From assembly GCA_963843585.1 (NCBI GenBank), contig CAWJLJ010000003.1:107075-171074 (forward strand): a stretch of DNA of 64,000 nt, read 5' to 3'. Position 1 is the stretch's first letter. The number at the start of each line of letters is the position of its first letter. The stretch is from an uncultured Acidobacteriota bacterium. Its GTDB lineage: Bacteria > Actinomycetota > Acidimicrobiia > Spongiisociales > ZC4RG35. The translations under genes were made by a program, and so were the position numbers. Shown piece after piece: positions 41,070 to 49,818 of the stretch. A model generated the notes under the pieces. That model was not told where the DNA came from, made no database searches, and saw only the letters and a program-made list of their open reading frames with translations.

Positions 41070-41647
41070 GACGTCCTCGCCCTCACCAGGGTGTCTCGGG
41101 CGTACTTGCGGCCCTCGTCCGTGTCGACGGGGCGATTCACCACCTCGGCCTCGACGATGACGAGACCATCGAGCCAGTCGAGCACCTCGGGCACATCCCA
41201 CAAGAGCTCCGGGTACTGGGGCCCGCCCCAGCCATCGGTCGGGTTGGACACATCGTGTCCGATCAGAAACAGCTCGCCCCCGGGGGCGAGCCAATCTCTC
41301 GCCCGCCGCACGATTGTCTCGTAATCGCCCGGGACCAGGTGCAGATAGGCGATGAGCACGAGATCGAAACTCTGCTCGGTTTCCCACGTCCGAACGTCGG
41401 CGACCACGAAGTCGACTGCGTCAGACTGCGCCTTGCCCTTGCTGATTGCCACCTCGGAGAAGTCGACCGCGGTCATCTCCCAACCGAGTGAGGCGAGCCA
41501 GATCGCATTTCGCCCTTCGCCCGCGGCGAGATCGAGGCCTCGGCCCGGAGCCATGCCGCCCAAGCGATCCGCTACGAAGAGATTGGGAGTGACCGACCAC
41601 AGATGGTCGTGAGCGCGATACCGCTCATCCCATTCGGCCGAATCCAC
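41066..41647 (-). CDS. class I SAM-dependent methyltransferase
   Basis: Intact 193 aa. The SAM motif is GLDLAAGEGRNAIWLA. Confidence 0.8.
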   Translation of the reverse strand: MDSAEWDERYRAHDHLWSVTPNLFVADRLGGMAPGRGLDLAAGEGRNAIWLASLGWEMTAVDFSEVAISKGKAQSDAVDFVVADVRTWETEQSFDLVLIAYLHLVPGDYETIVRRARDWLAPGGELFLIGHDVSNPTDGWGGPQYPELLWDVPEVLDWLDGLVIVEAEVVNRPVDTDEGRKYARDTLVRARTS

Positions 41648-41649
41648 TG

Positions 41650-43164
41650 TCAGCCGAACTCGATGCCCTGGGCCAGAGGCAGGTCGTCACCCCAGTTGAT
41701 CGTGGTGGTCTGCCGGCGCATGTACGCCTTCCAGGCGTCGGACCCAGCCTCCCTGCCCCCACCGGTCTCCTTTTCGCCGCCGAATGCGCCGCCGATCTCG
41801 GCACCCGACGTCCCGATGTTGACGTTGGCGATTCCGCAGTCGGAGCCGCCGTCGCTGAGGAATCGCTCGGCATTCTTGATCGATTCGGTGAAGATGGCCG
41901 AGGAGAGGCCCTGGGTCACTCCGTTCTGAATCTCGATCGCCTCGTCGAGGGTGTCGAACTCGATGACCCACAGGATCGGGGCGAAGGTCTCCTGTTGGGT
42001 GATCGACGCCTCCTTGGGCACCACCGCGATGGTGGGCTCGACGAAGAACCCGGGCCTGTCGAGGCGGTTGCCTCCGGTGACGATCCTCGCCCCCTGCTCA
42101 CGTGCGATATCGAGGGCGTCCATCATCTGCACGACGGCGCGCTCCCCGACCAGTGGGCCCATGAGGGTCCCGCTCTCCAGCGGGTCGCCGATGCTCACTT
42201 GTTTGTAGGCCTCGGTGAGTCGGCTCACGAGCTTGTCGGCGACGGCACGGTGGACGAGGAGCCGGCGAAGGCTGGTGCATCTCTGGCCGGCAGTGCCAAC
42301 GGCCGAGAACAAGGTGGCCCGGACAGCGAGATCGATGTCGGCGTCATCCATCACGATCACCGCGTTGTTGCCACCGAGCTCGAGGATCGTCCGGCCCATG
42401 CGCTGGGCGACGGCCGGACCGACGATGCGTCCCATGTTGCAGGACCCGGTGGCTGAGATGAGGGGCAATCTCGTGTCCTGATTCATCCGGTTACCGACCG
42501 TGGCCCCGTCGCCGACGACAAGGTTGAACACGCCCTCGAAGCCACTGCCCTCCATCACCTCGTGAGCGATGCGGGTGACGGCGATAGCAGTGAGTGGGGT
42601 CCGCTCCGATGGCTTCCAAACCACCGTGTCGCCACAGACGGCGGCGAGGGCGGAATTCCACGACCAGACGGCGACCGGGAAGTTGAAGGCCGAGATCACT
42701 CCGACCGGGCCGAGCGGATGCCAATGCTCGTACATTCGGTGATTGGGCCGCTCCGAAGCCATCGTGCTCCCATAGAGCTGCCGGGAGAGTCCCACGGCGA
42801 AGTCACAGATGTCGACCATCTCCTGCACCTCGCCGACACCCTCGGGGAAGATCTTTCCCATCTCGAGGGTGACCAGGGCGCCGAGCGGCTCGATGTTCTC
42901 CCGCAGGGCGTCGCCCAGACGTCGGACGTACTGCCCGCGCTGGGGGGCGGGCAGAAGGCGCCACCGATCGAATGTCTCGACCGACTGGGCGACCACCCGG
43001 TCGTAATCCGCTTCCGAGGCCATGCCAACGGTCGCCAGCGTCTCGCCGGTTGTGGGGTTGACCACTTCGATCTGGTCGCCGGTGGGCTCGAGCCACTCGC
43101 CGGCGAATACACCACTGTTGTGGTCGCCGAGGCCCAGGGCCCCGAAGATCTCTTGCTTGTTCAT
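41650..43164 (-). CDS. aldehyde dehydrogenase, ALDH7/piperideine-6-carboxylate dehydrogenase-like
   Basis: Intact 504 aa. Motifs VWKPSE, ELGGNNA and GTAGQRCTSLRR. Confidence 0.85.
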   Translation of the reverse strand: MNKQEIFGALGLGDHNSGVFAGEWLEPTGDQIEVVNPTTGETLATVGMASEADYDRVVAQSVETFDRWRLLPAPQRGQYVRRLGDALRENIEPLGALVTLEMGKIFPEGVGEVQEMVDICDFAVGLSRQLYGSTMASERPNHRMYEHWHPLGPVGVISAFNFPVAVWSWNSALAAVCGDTVVWKPSERTPLTAIAVTRIAHEVMEGSGFEGVFNLVVGDGATVGNRMNQDTRLPLISATGSCNMGRIVGPAVAQRMGRTILELGGNNAVIVMDDADIDLAVRATLFSAVGTAGQRCTSLRRLLVHRAVADKLVSRLTEAYKQVSIGDPLESGTLMGPLVGERAVVQMMDALDIAREQGARIVTGGNRLDRPGFFVEPTIAVVPKEASITQQETFAPILWVIEFDTLDEAIEIQNGVTQGLSSAIFTESIKNAERFLSDGGSDCGIANVNIGTSGAEIGGAFGGEKETGGGREAGSDAWKAYMRRQTTTINWGDDLPLAQGIEFG

Positions 43165-43542
43165 CTCGCTGCCACCACCTCTATCTCCACCAGGAAGCCT
43201 CCCGGGAGGGCACCCGCCTGAATGGCGGAGCGCGCCGGAGGCTCGGTCCCGAAGTATGAGCCGTACACGTCGTTCACTTTGGGGTAGTCGGCCATGTCAG
43301 CCATGAAGATCGTTGTCTTCACGATGTCCTGGTAGGTCAGCCCGACGTCGCCGAGAATCAACGCCGATGTTGTCCATCACCTGCCGGGCCTGCACCTCGA
43401 CGTCGTCCGGACGGCGCTCACCCGTGGCCGGATCCAGGGCGACCTGCCCGCTCAGGAACACCAACCCACCGGCCTCTGCGGCGAAGGAATACGGGCCCAT
43501 CGCCTTGGGCGCCGACGGGGTCGAAAGGACTTTCTTGGGCAA
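43161..43542 (-). CDS. RidA family protein, 1 frameshift
   Basis: PSAPKAMGPYSFAAEAGGLVFLSGQVALDP.. then shifts to ORF 43161..43361 (VKTTIFMADMADYPKVNDVY, PARSAIQ, LVEIEVVA). An extra T near 43365 explains the break. Confidence 0.8.
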
Positions 43543-43607
43543 ACGAGGGCTCCTGGTCGATACCAGGCTGAGGGTACCCCTGGGGGCGACCCAACCCTCA
43601 AGCGGCG

Positions 43608-43970
43608 TCAGGAGAAGCTGTTGCCGCAGCCGCAGGTGCGACTGACGTTGGGGTTGTTGATGGAGAACCCCGCTCCCATCAGACCGTCCTTGTAGTCGAG
43701 GGTCGAGCCCTTGACCATCTCGGCGCTCTGTGGATCGACGACCACTCTGACGTCGCCGAACTCCTCGACGATGTCGGTGTCGTCGATCTGGCTGTCGAAG
43801 AACATCTCGTAGGAGAACCCGCTGCAGCCGCCGGGGCGGACCGCCATGCGAAGGGCGAGCCCGGGCTCCCCTTCCGCGGCGATCAACTCGCCGATCTTCG
43901 TCACGGCGAAGTCGGTCACCTCGACCGTCTTCTCGGGCTTGTTCGACTTGATGCTGAGGATCTGTGTCAT
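43608..43970 (-). CDS. iron-sulfur cluster insertion/assembly protein (HesB/IscA/ErpA family)
   Basis: Intact 120 aa. Motifs GGCSGFSY and a C-terminal CGCGNSFS. Confidence 0.9.
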   Translation of the reverse strand: MTQILSIKSNKPEKTVEVTDFAVTKIGELIAAEGEPGLALRMAVRPGGCSGFSYEMFFDSQIDDTDIVEEFGDVRVVVDPQSAEMVKGSTLDYKDGLMGAGFSINNPNVSRTCGCGNSFS

Positions 43971-44081
43971 TGCTTTTAACTCTGGTCCTGAACCTGGTGG
44001 CCTGTGTCGTCCATATTAACCGCCTCCGGCCCCTGGACCATTCCCCCTATATCGGTAGTGGAAATTACCATTGGGAGTGCA

Positions 44082-45222
44082 ATGGTCACCCGCAACGACG
44101 TCATCAAGACGCTCGAAGGTGTCCGCGACCCGGAGCTGGGCGGCAACATCGTCGAGTTGGGGATGGTCACCGATGTCGACATCACCGGCACGTCGGTGGT
44201 AGTCGGCATCGCCCTGACGGTTGCGGAGTGCCCGCTGCGAAACCAGATCGAGAACGACACCAAACGCCGGGTGCAGTCGATGCCGGGCGTGGATCACGTC
44301 GATGTGCGAACCACCGCGATGACCAAGAAGCAGCGGGCCGGCCTCATGTCGGTGGCCAGGGCGAAGGCACGGGCGAGCGCCGAGCCGACCCAGGTCTCCC
44401 CCACGACCAGAGTCATCGCCATCGGATCGGGCAAGGGCGGCGTCGGAAAATCATCCATCGCTGTGAACGTCGCAGTGGCCATGTCCCAGGCCGGGTTCCG
44501 TGTTGGCCTTCTCGACGCTGACATCTGGGGCTTCTCCACACCGCGGATGCTCGGTGTCGAGGATCGTCTCGAGGCGAACGAGGACAGCAAGCTGATCGTG
44601 CCGGTCGAGGCTCAGGGCGTGAAGCTGGTTTCGACAGGGCTCATCATCGAGACCGAGGAAACGGCGCTCATGTGGCGCGGGCTCATGTTGTCAAAGGCAC
44701 TGGAGCAGTTCCTCAAGCAGGTGGAATGGGGCGAGCTCGACTACCTGATCATCGACCTCCCACCAGGCACCGGCGACATCCAGATGGCGCTGACCCGCAT
44801 GCTCCCCCAAGCCGAGATGGTGGTGGTCACCACACCGCAACGGGCGGCGCAGAAGGTGGCTGTCCGTGTGGCCGACATGGCGCGGCGCTCCCACATGCCG
44901 GTGGTCGGTGTCATCGAGAACATGGCCGGTCTCGCCTGCGCCTGTGGCCGGGTCCACGACGTGTTCGGCGAGGGAGGCGGGCGTGAGCTGGCCGACGACC
45001 TGGGTGTGCCCCTCATCGCCTCGATTCCGCTCGATCCCGAGGTCGTCCCCGGCGGCGATCACGGAACTCCCGTGGTGACGACCGGTAGCCGACTCACCCG
45101 CAGGCATCGCCATGCGCGACGCCGCCGCCCGACTCGTCGAATTGGTGCCGCCGGCCGATCTCGAGACCTGCACCGGCCGCATCGCCAAGATCCTCACCGA
45201 GTTGGAGGAGTTGCCGGCCTGA
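44082..45222 (+). CDS. Mrp/NBP35/ApbC family Fe-S cluster carrier ATPase, 1 frameshift near the 3' end
   Basis: An N-terminal DUF59-like region is followed by P-loop GSGKGGVGKSS, DLPPGTGD and CxxC (CACG). The tail DSPAGIAMRDAAARLVELVPPADLETCTGRIAKILTELEELPA* is in another frame from about 45085. Confidence 0.85.
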
Positions 45223-45245
45223 CCAGCACTCCCTCCGGCCCTGGG

Positions 45246-45278
45246 CCTCCCCCCACGTCGCTCCGCTCCTGGGGGAGG
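45246..45278. terminator. hairpin between convergent Mrp and DUF937-like genes
   Basis: CCTCCCCCA..TGGGGGAGG forms a 9-bp stem around a 14-15-nt loop. Confidence 0.4.
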
Positions 45279-45282
45279 AAAC

Positions 45283-45897
45283 TCAGCCCTTGCTGCCGCC
45301 TCCGAGCAAACCACCAAGTAGGTCTCCAATGACGTCCGAGGAGCCGCCGGACCCCCCGCTGCCCCCGAGCAGCCCGCCAAGCAAGTCACCGATCCCGCCA
45401 GCCGACCCACCGGCTCCTGTGGCACTGCCGATGAGGTCTTCGAGGCCACCCGTTCCGCCACCTGACGGCACGGGTCCCGAGTCTTGTCCGGGTCCCGCCT
45501 GACCCTGCCCAAGGAACTTGCCCGCCAGCATGCTGAGGACGATCGGGGCGAGGATGGGGAGCAGTTTCTGCATGATTCCCGAGCCACCTCCCTGCTCGCC
45601 CAGCTTGTTGATCACCTGTTCACTGTTGTCGCCGAAAACATTGCCGACGATGGCCTCACCATCGGCGGTGTCGATCGAGCCGAGGTCCAGACCCTCCAAT
45701 GGGCTCCCGGCGTGCTGGCCGAGGGCCTTTTCGAGAGAAGCGGCACCCCCCGGATCCCTCGCATTGGCCTCCATCCCGCCCAACAAAGCGGGCACGGCCT
45801 GACGCACGGCTTGCTCTGCGGTCGCCTCGTCGACGCCGAGCTGTTGGGCGAGTTGATCGAGCGGGATCTGCGAGAGGATCTCGTCCGCAGTATCCAT
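45283..45897 (-). CDS. DUF937-like Gly-rich protein
   Basis: GGAGG RBS, then MDTADEILSQIPLDQLAQQLGVDEATAEQAV. The tail has repeated DLLGGLLGG units. Confidence 0.65.
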   Translation of the reverse strand: MDTADEILSQIPLDQLAQQLGVDEATAEQAVRQAVPALLGGMEANARDPGGAASLEKALGQHAGSPLEGLDLGSIDTADGEAIVGNVFGDNSEQVINKLGEQGGGSGIMQKLLPILAPIVLSMLAGKFLGQGQAGPGQDSGPVPSGGGTGGLEDLIGSATGAGGSAGGIGDLLGGLLGGSGGSGGSSDVIGDLLGGLLGGGSKG

Positions 45898-45968
45898 GAG
45901 ACCTCCTTCCCGCGGCCGCCCAAGTGGCGACCGCACGCGGAGCCTACGCGGTCACGGTTGCGCTGCGA

Positions 45969-46763
45969 TTACGGAGTAACCGGCTGGCCGGTCATCAGCT
46001 TGTAGGCGTACGCCGTTGCGATGATCGTCACCGGGATCGCCACGATCAGCCCGATCCCACAGAGAATGGCGCCGACGATGAAGGCCAGGATCGAGGCGAA
46101 GAAAAGCCCGACCACCGAGCCGAGATTCTTGTTGACCAGGGCGAAGCTGGCCTTGATCGCGTCGAATGCCGGGAGCCCCTTGTCGAGGATGAACTGATAA
46201 GTGAACATGGAGAAGAAGATCAGGATCAGCCCGGGAACGATGCACAGGATCAGTCCGATGGCGGTGCCGATGGCCAACAGGATCGATGCCAGCACCACTT
46301 GACCGAGGTGCTCGGTCGACAGGAACGTGCTGAGCTCGATTCTCTGCCCTTCGGTGATCTTCAGGGCACCACGCACTACCGCGGCCTGAATGAGAAGGCT
46401 CACCAGTGCGCTCAAAAGCGAGAAGATCAGGTAGCCGACCCCGAAGAACATGCCGATGCCGATGTCGTCCGTATCGGTGAGCTCCCCGAATCCTCCACCA
46501 AGAAGAGTGGCGATGAGGTTCACAGCCCCGCCGACGACGATGAAGATCAGCATTGCGATCAGGATCGGTCCCAGGTATTCCTGGAACTTCTTCCATCCAT
46601 AGTTGAAGGCTTCTCCAACCTGGAACGCGGCCGCGCCACCAGGCACCGGCGGGGGAGGCGGGGGCGGAGGTGTCGGCGGGACCGCCGGCTCGCTCGGTTG
46701 TGCAGGTGGGACGGGCTCGATCGGCGCTCCGGAATCCGGTGGAATTGGCGGCTCGGTCGTCAT
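45969..46763 (-). CDS. integral membrane protein with Pro-rich N-terminus
   Basis: Intact 264 aa. A poly-Pro N-terminus is followed by about 6 TM helices. Confidence 0.65.
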   Translation of the reverse strand: MTTEPPIPPDSGAPIEPVPPAQPSEPAVPPTPPPPPPPPVPGGAAAFQVGEAFNYGWKKFQEYLGPILIAMLIFIVVGGAVNLIATLLGGGFGELTDTDDIGIGMFFGVGYLIFSLLSALVSLLIQAAVVRGALKITEGQRIELSTFLSTEHLGQVVLASILLAIGTAIGLILCIVPGLILIFFSMFTYQFILDKGLPAFDAIKASFALVNKNLGSVVGLFFASILAFIVGAILCGIGLIVAIPVTIIATAYAYKLMTGQPVTP

Positions 46764-46965
46764 CTGTCTTCTCCCCTATCAGGTGGGTGAGAGGGTAACG
46801 AGTGACGATCCACCGCGACGACCAGGGTCGCATCTGTCTCCAGGTGACTAGTCATAACGAGTGGGAATGCGAACTGTCCTTTAACGACCACTCTCCGTGA
46901 CGGAAGATGACGACCAGAACGTGCCTCGGTGCGTGGGGGCTAGGGGCATCAGCAGGGAGGCTGAT

Positions 46966-46995
46966 CGGAAGAGGACCCGAAAGGGTCCTCTTTCG
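46966..46995 (-). terminator. 13-bp stem / tetraloop hairpin after the M23 peptidase gene
   Basis: CGGAAGAGGACCC-GAAA-GGGTCCTCTTTCG lies 16 nt downstream of the stop at 47011. Confidence 0.6.
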
Positions 46996-47010
46996 GCATT
47001 CAGGGGGAGA

Positions 47011-48180
47011 TCAGCAGAGATCTCGAACCAGCGGATACGGGTTGACCGCAGAACCTCCACCGGGGTGATATTCGAAGTGGAGATGGGGGAGGAATTCGGG
47101 CGCGTTGCCCGATGTCCCGTTGTAGCCGATCACCTCACCCTCGGACACACTCTGTCCGTCACTCACGTCGGCAAAGCTCTCGAGGTGGGCATAGAAAAAC
47201 GTGTCGCCACCGTCGGAGCGGAACCAGATGGCGAGACCACTGAGGCTGCCATCGGTCAGTCGCTGGATCGTCCCCGAATATATGGCGACGATCGGCGTGT
47301 TCCTGGCAGCGATCATGTCCACGCCCTGATGGGCACGACCCCCTGATCGGGCATCGCCCCAGGAGTCGGAGAACGAGACGGCTCCGGCCACAGGACATGC
47401 TCCGCCACTTGACGACGGAGGCGGCGGCGGTTCGGAGGGGACAGTTGTATCGGGTGTCTCCTCAGGGGGCGTGGTGGTCTCGGTTGGCGCCTCGGATTCG
47501 CCGTCGGTGGGCTCCGTCGAACCGGGCGCGGTGGTGGTCGTGGCGTTGCGCGCCGCCTCCTCCGCTGCCCTGCGACGTGCCTCTTCCTCCGCAGCGCGAC
47601 GGGCCGCCTCCTCGGCGGCCTGCTGTGCGACCAGGCCGTCGTAGACCCCCTGCGCCTCCACCAACTGACCCTGCAGGTCCCCGGCCTTTGACTCCAAATC
47701 GGCGGTCAGGACCTCCTGCTCGGCCGAGGCCTCTTCGAGGCGCCCGGTCTGGCGATCGAGCTCGCCCCGGAAGGAGCGCAGCTGGTTGATCACGTCGGCG
47801 TCGTTGCCGGTCACATTCCTGAGATATTCGACGCCGGCCCCGTAGCTCTCGTCACTCGCCGAGAACAGCACCTGCATGGACGTGGCGGTGGACGAACCCA
47901 TGTACATCTCGACCGCCACCTCTTCCAGCTTCTGCTCGGTGTCGCCGATCTTGACCCTCGCCAGTTCGATCGAAGCGTTGAGATCGGTGATCTCCCGATC
48001 CAGGGCGAACTGGCGGGACCACGCCTCTTGGACCTCGTCGCCGAGCGACTGGGCCTCGGCCATGATCTCGTTGACCTCGCTGCGGGCGCGGTCGATGTCC
48101 TCGTCGGTTACTTGGGCAGTGGCGGGGAGGGCCACAGCCATGACGAGCAGGGCGAGCAGGGTCCTGGCGTAGTGTGTCAC
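47011..48180 (-). CDS. M23 family metallopeptidase with coiled-coil N-terminal region
   Basis: Intact 389 aa with a signal peptide. Motifs HQGVDM and FLPHLHFEY. GTGA overlap with the upstream gene. Confidence 0.85.
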   Translation of the reverse strand: MTHYARTLLALLVMAVALPATAQVTDEDIDRARSEVNEIMAEAQSLGDEVQEAWSRQFALDREITDLNASIELARVKIGDTEQKLEEVAVEMYMGSSTATSMQVLFSASDESYGAGVEYLRNVTGNDADVINQLRSFRGELDRQTGRLEEASAEQEVLTADLESKAGDLQGQLVEAQGVYDGLVAQQAAEEAARRAAEEEARRRAAEEAARNATTTTAPGSTEPTDGESEAPTETTTPPEETPDTTVPSEPPPPPSSSGGACPVAGAVSFSDSWGDARSGGRAHQGVDMIAARNTPIVAIYSGTIQRLTDGSLSGLAIWFRSDGGDTFFYAHLESFADVSDGQSVSEGEVIGYNGTSGNAPEFLPHLHFEYHPGGGSAVNPYPLVRDLC

Positions 48181-48950
48181 GTGGGGTTGGTGGGCAGTGG
48201 GACGAGTACGGGCCCCGAAGAGGCTATCCGCCCTTCCTCAAACAGCAACACCAGGTGCGCCTCGACCGAACGGGCGGCGAGCGGGTGCAGCGCACGATCG
48301 ACGTCCCGATAGACGACCTCGACGATCTCATCGGTAGAGCCGGCGCCGGCCCGGATCGCCTCCAATATCTCCTCATGCCGCTGACGACGATGGGCCAGAT
48401 ACCAATCGATCACGTCGTCGGGACGGTCCATTTCATCGCCGTGACCGGGATTCAGCCTGCTCAGACCCGTCCCACGGAGTTTTTCCAGCGAGGCCAGATA
48501 GCTGCCCATGTCTTCCACCATCACCGAGGATCCGCCCATTATGTGATCGCCGGTGAAGAGAACGTCGGCCAATCGGAAACACAGGTGGTCGTCGGCGTGA
48601 CCCGGAGTGTGGATCACCTCGAGCCGGCTCTCGCCGATATCGATCACAGAGCCTTCGCCGATGCGCAGGTCGGGGTCGAAGGCGGGGCCTGGCGCATACC
48701 CGTAGGCGGGAACACCCAGCTCTCGGGCCAGGGGGTTGGCCAGCGGGGCATGGTCGGAATGGGTGTGTGTGACCAGGACCCCGAGTGGGGTCAGCCGGGC
48801 TGTCTGCTCCACGATCCGATCGCCGTGGACGTCGTCCACCGGGCCGGGGTCGATCACGACGCATCCCCCGCTGTCATCCACGAGCCACGTGTTGGTCCCA
48901 GACCCCGTGAAGGGCCCCGGATTGTTGGCGAGGATCCGTTGGATTCGCAT
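48177..48950 (-). CDS. MBL-fold metallo-hydrolase
   Basis: From ATG 48950 (MRIQRILANNPGPFTG), with THTHSDH and TPGHADDH. The listed ORF overextends upstream. Confidence 0.85.
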   Translation of the reverse strand: MRIQRILANNPGPFTGSGTNTWLVDDSGGCVVIDPGPVDDVHGDRIVEQTARLTPLGVLVTHTHSDHAPLANPLARELGVPAYGYAPGPAFDPDLRIGEGSVIDIGESRLEVIHTPGHADDHLCFRLADVLFTGDHIMGGSSVMVEDMGSYLASLEKLRGTGLSRLNPGHGDEMDRPDDVIDWYLAHRRQRHEEILEAIRAGAGSTDEIVEVVYRDVDRALHPLAARSVEAHLVLLFEEGRIASSGPVLVPLPTNPT

Positions 48951-49642
48951 CAGTCGTCTGCGGGGAGGTGGATGGGCACGAAGCTGCCGTCCTCCATGCG
49001 TCTTGGCTCGACCAGGGAACGGGCGTCGGCACCACTTGCGGCGTTGACGGCATCGTGAACCGTGGCTCTTCGCTCCAGCCAGCGAAGATGGGCGATGGTG
49101 GGCAGAAACATCTCCAAACCTCCATCGGCATGCATGACGAGGGCATCGCCTGGTGCGACCCACATGTGTTCGACCAGTTCATCGCCGTCGATGCGGATGT
49201 CCGGCGTGCCCCCGGCGATGGCCAGATAGAAACGTGTGTCGTACCGGGTTGGAGCCTCCTCGGGAGTGACCCAGCGGGAAACGAGGGTCAGCGCCGACGC
49301 GTCCAGCCGGATCCCGGCTGCGCGCATGGTGGAGAGCAAGCCTTCGCCGCGTCCGTCGGGGGCCGAGGCCACTCCATCGATGGTCAAGGCGAGACCGGTC
49401 TCCTCGGCCAGTTCTCGAAGGGCAGCGACCCGGAACTCCTGGTCAGGGTGGTCGCCGGGCACCACATCGCCGGCCAGCCCGGACGCATCTACGGCCTCGA
49501 CCGCCCCGCCGGGGAAGACGGTCAGGCCACCGAAGAAGCCCCGGGGTCGGCGGCGAACCATGAGCACCTCGATCCCTGCCCCGGTATCCCTGATCAGCAT
49601 CACGGTTGCCGCGGGGCGAGCTTCGACCAGAGGCGCCTCCAT
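48950..49642 (-). CDS. NUDIX hydrolase
   Basis: Intact 230 aa. The Nudix box is GGAVEAVD..AALRELAEETGL. Confidence 0.8.
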   Translation of the reverse strand: MEAPLVEARPAATVMLIRDTGAGIEVLMVRRRPRGFFGGLTVFPGGAVEAVDASGLAGDVVPGDHPDQEFRVAALRELAEETGLALTIDGVASAPDGRGEGLLSTMRAAGIRLDASALTLVSRWVTPEEAPTRYDTRFYLAIAGGTPDIRIDGDELVEHMWVAPGDALVMHADGGLEMFLPTIAHLRWLERRATVHDAVNAASGADARSLVEPRRMEDGSFVPIHLPADD

Positions 49643-49667
49643 CCCGGCATCCTAGGAACGCGACAGT

Positions 49668-49721
49668 GGCGAACCTCAGGTTCTCCGGCCCACATACGGG
49701 CCAATCGCCTCAGGTAGCCGC
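49668..49721 (+). repeat. 54-nt structured intergenic element, copy B
   Basis: GGCGAACCTCAGGTTCTCCGGCCCACATACGGGCCAATCGCCTCAGGTAGCCGC. By hand alignment it is roughly 80% identical to copy A, with one 1-nt indel. The inner hairpin GGCCC-ACATAC-GGGCC is preserved. Confidence 0.75.
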
Positions 49722-49737
49722 TGACCAGTCAGCGCAC

Positions 49738-49792
49738 GACGAACCTGAGGCGGTTGGTTTCATATCCGGGTCGTGGAACCTGAGGTTCGCAG
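49738..49792 (-). repeat. 54-nt structured intergenic element, copy C (inverted orientation)
   Basis: The reverse complement is CTGCGAACCTCAGGTTCCACGACCCGGATATGAAACCAACCGCCTCAGGTTCGTC. It matches copy A at about 41 of 54 positions by hand alignment. Confidence 0.7.
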
Positions 49793-49818
49793 TAGGACGG
49801 ACCTGGCAGACTTGCCCG

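Noticed and set aside
46790-46965. tRNA or known small RNA (for example 6C RNA) in the 250-nt non-coding gap
   Set aside because: There is no cloverleaf or T-loop motif and no paired C-rich loops. The only feature is the terminator hairpin at 46966-46995.
49643-49818. tRNA-Sec (selC) hidden upstream of selA
   Set aside because: No GGTTCGAnTCC-type T-arm is present. The only TCA triplets in loop-like contexts are preceded by C rather than U33 (CCTCAGG) or lack a complementary anticodon stem (GGTTTCATATCC). No 8/5 acceptor/T arrangement can be drawn.
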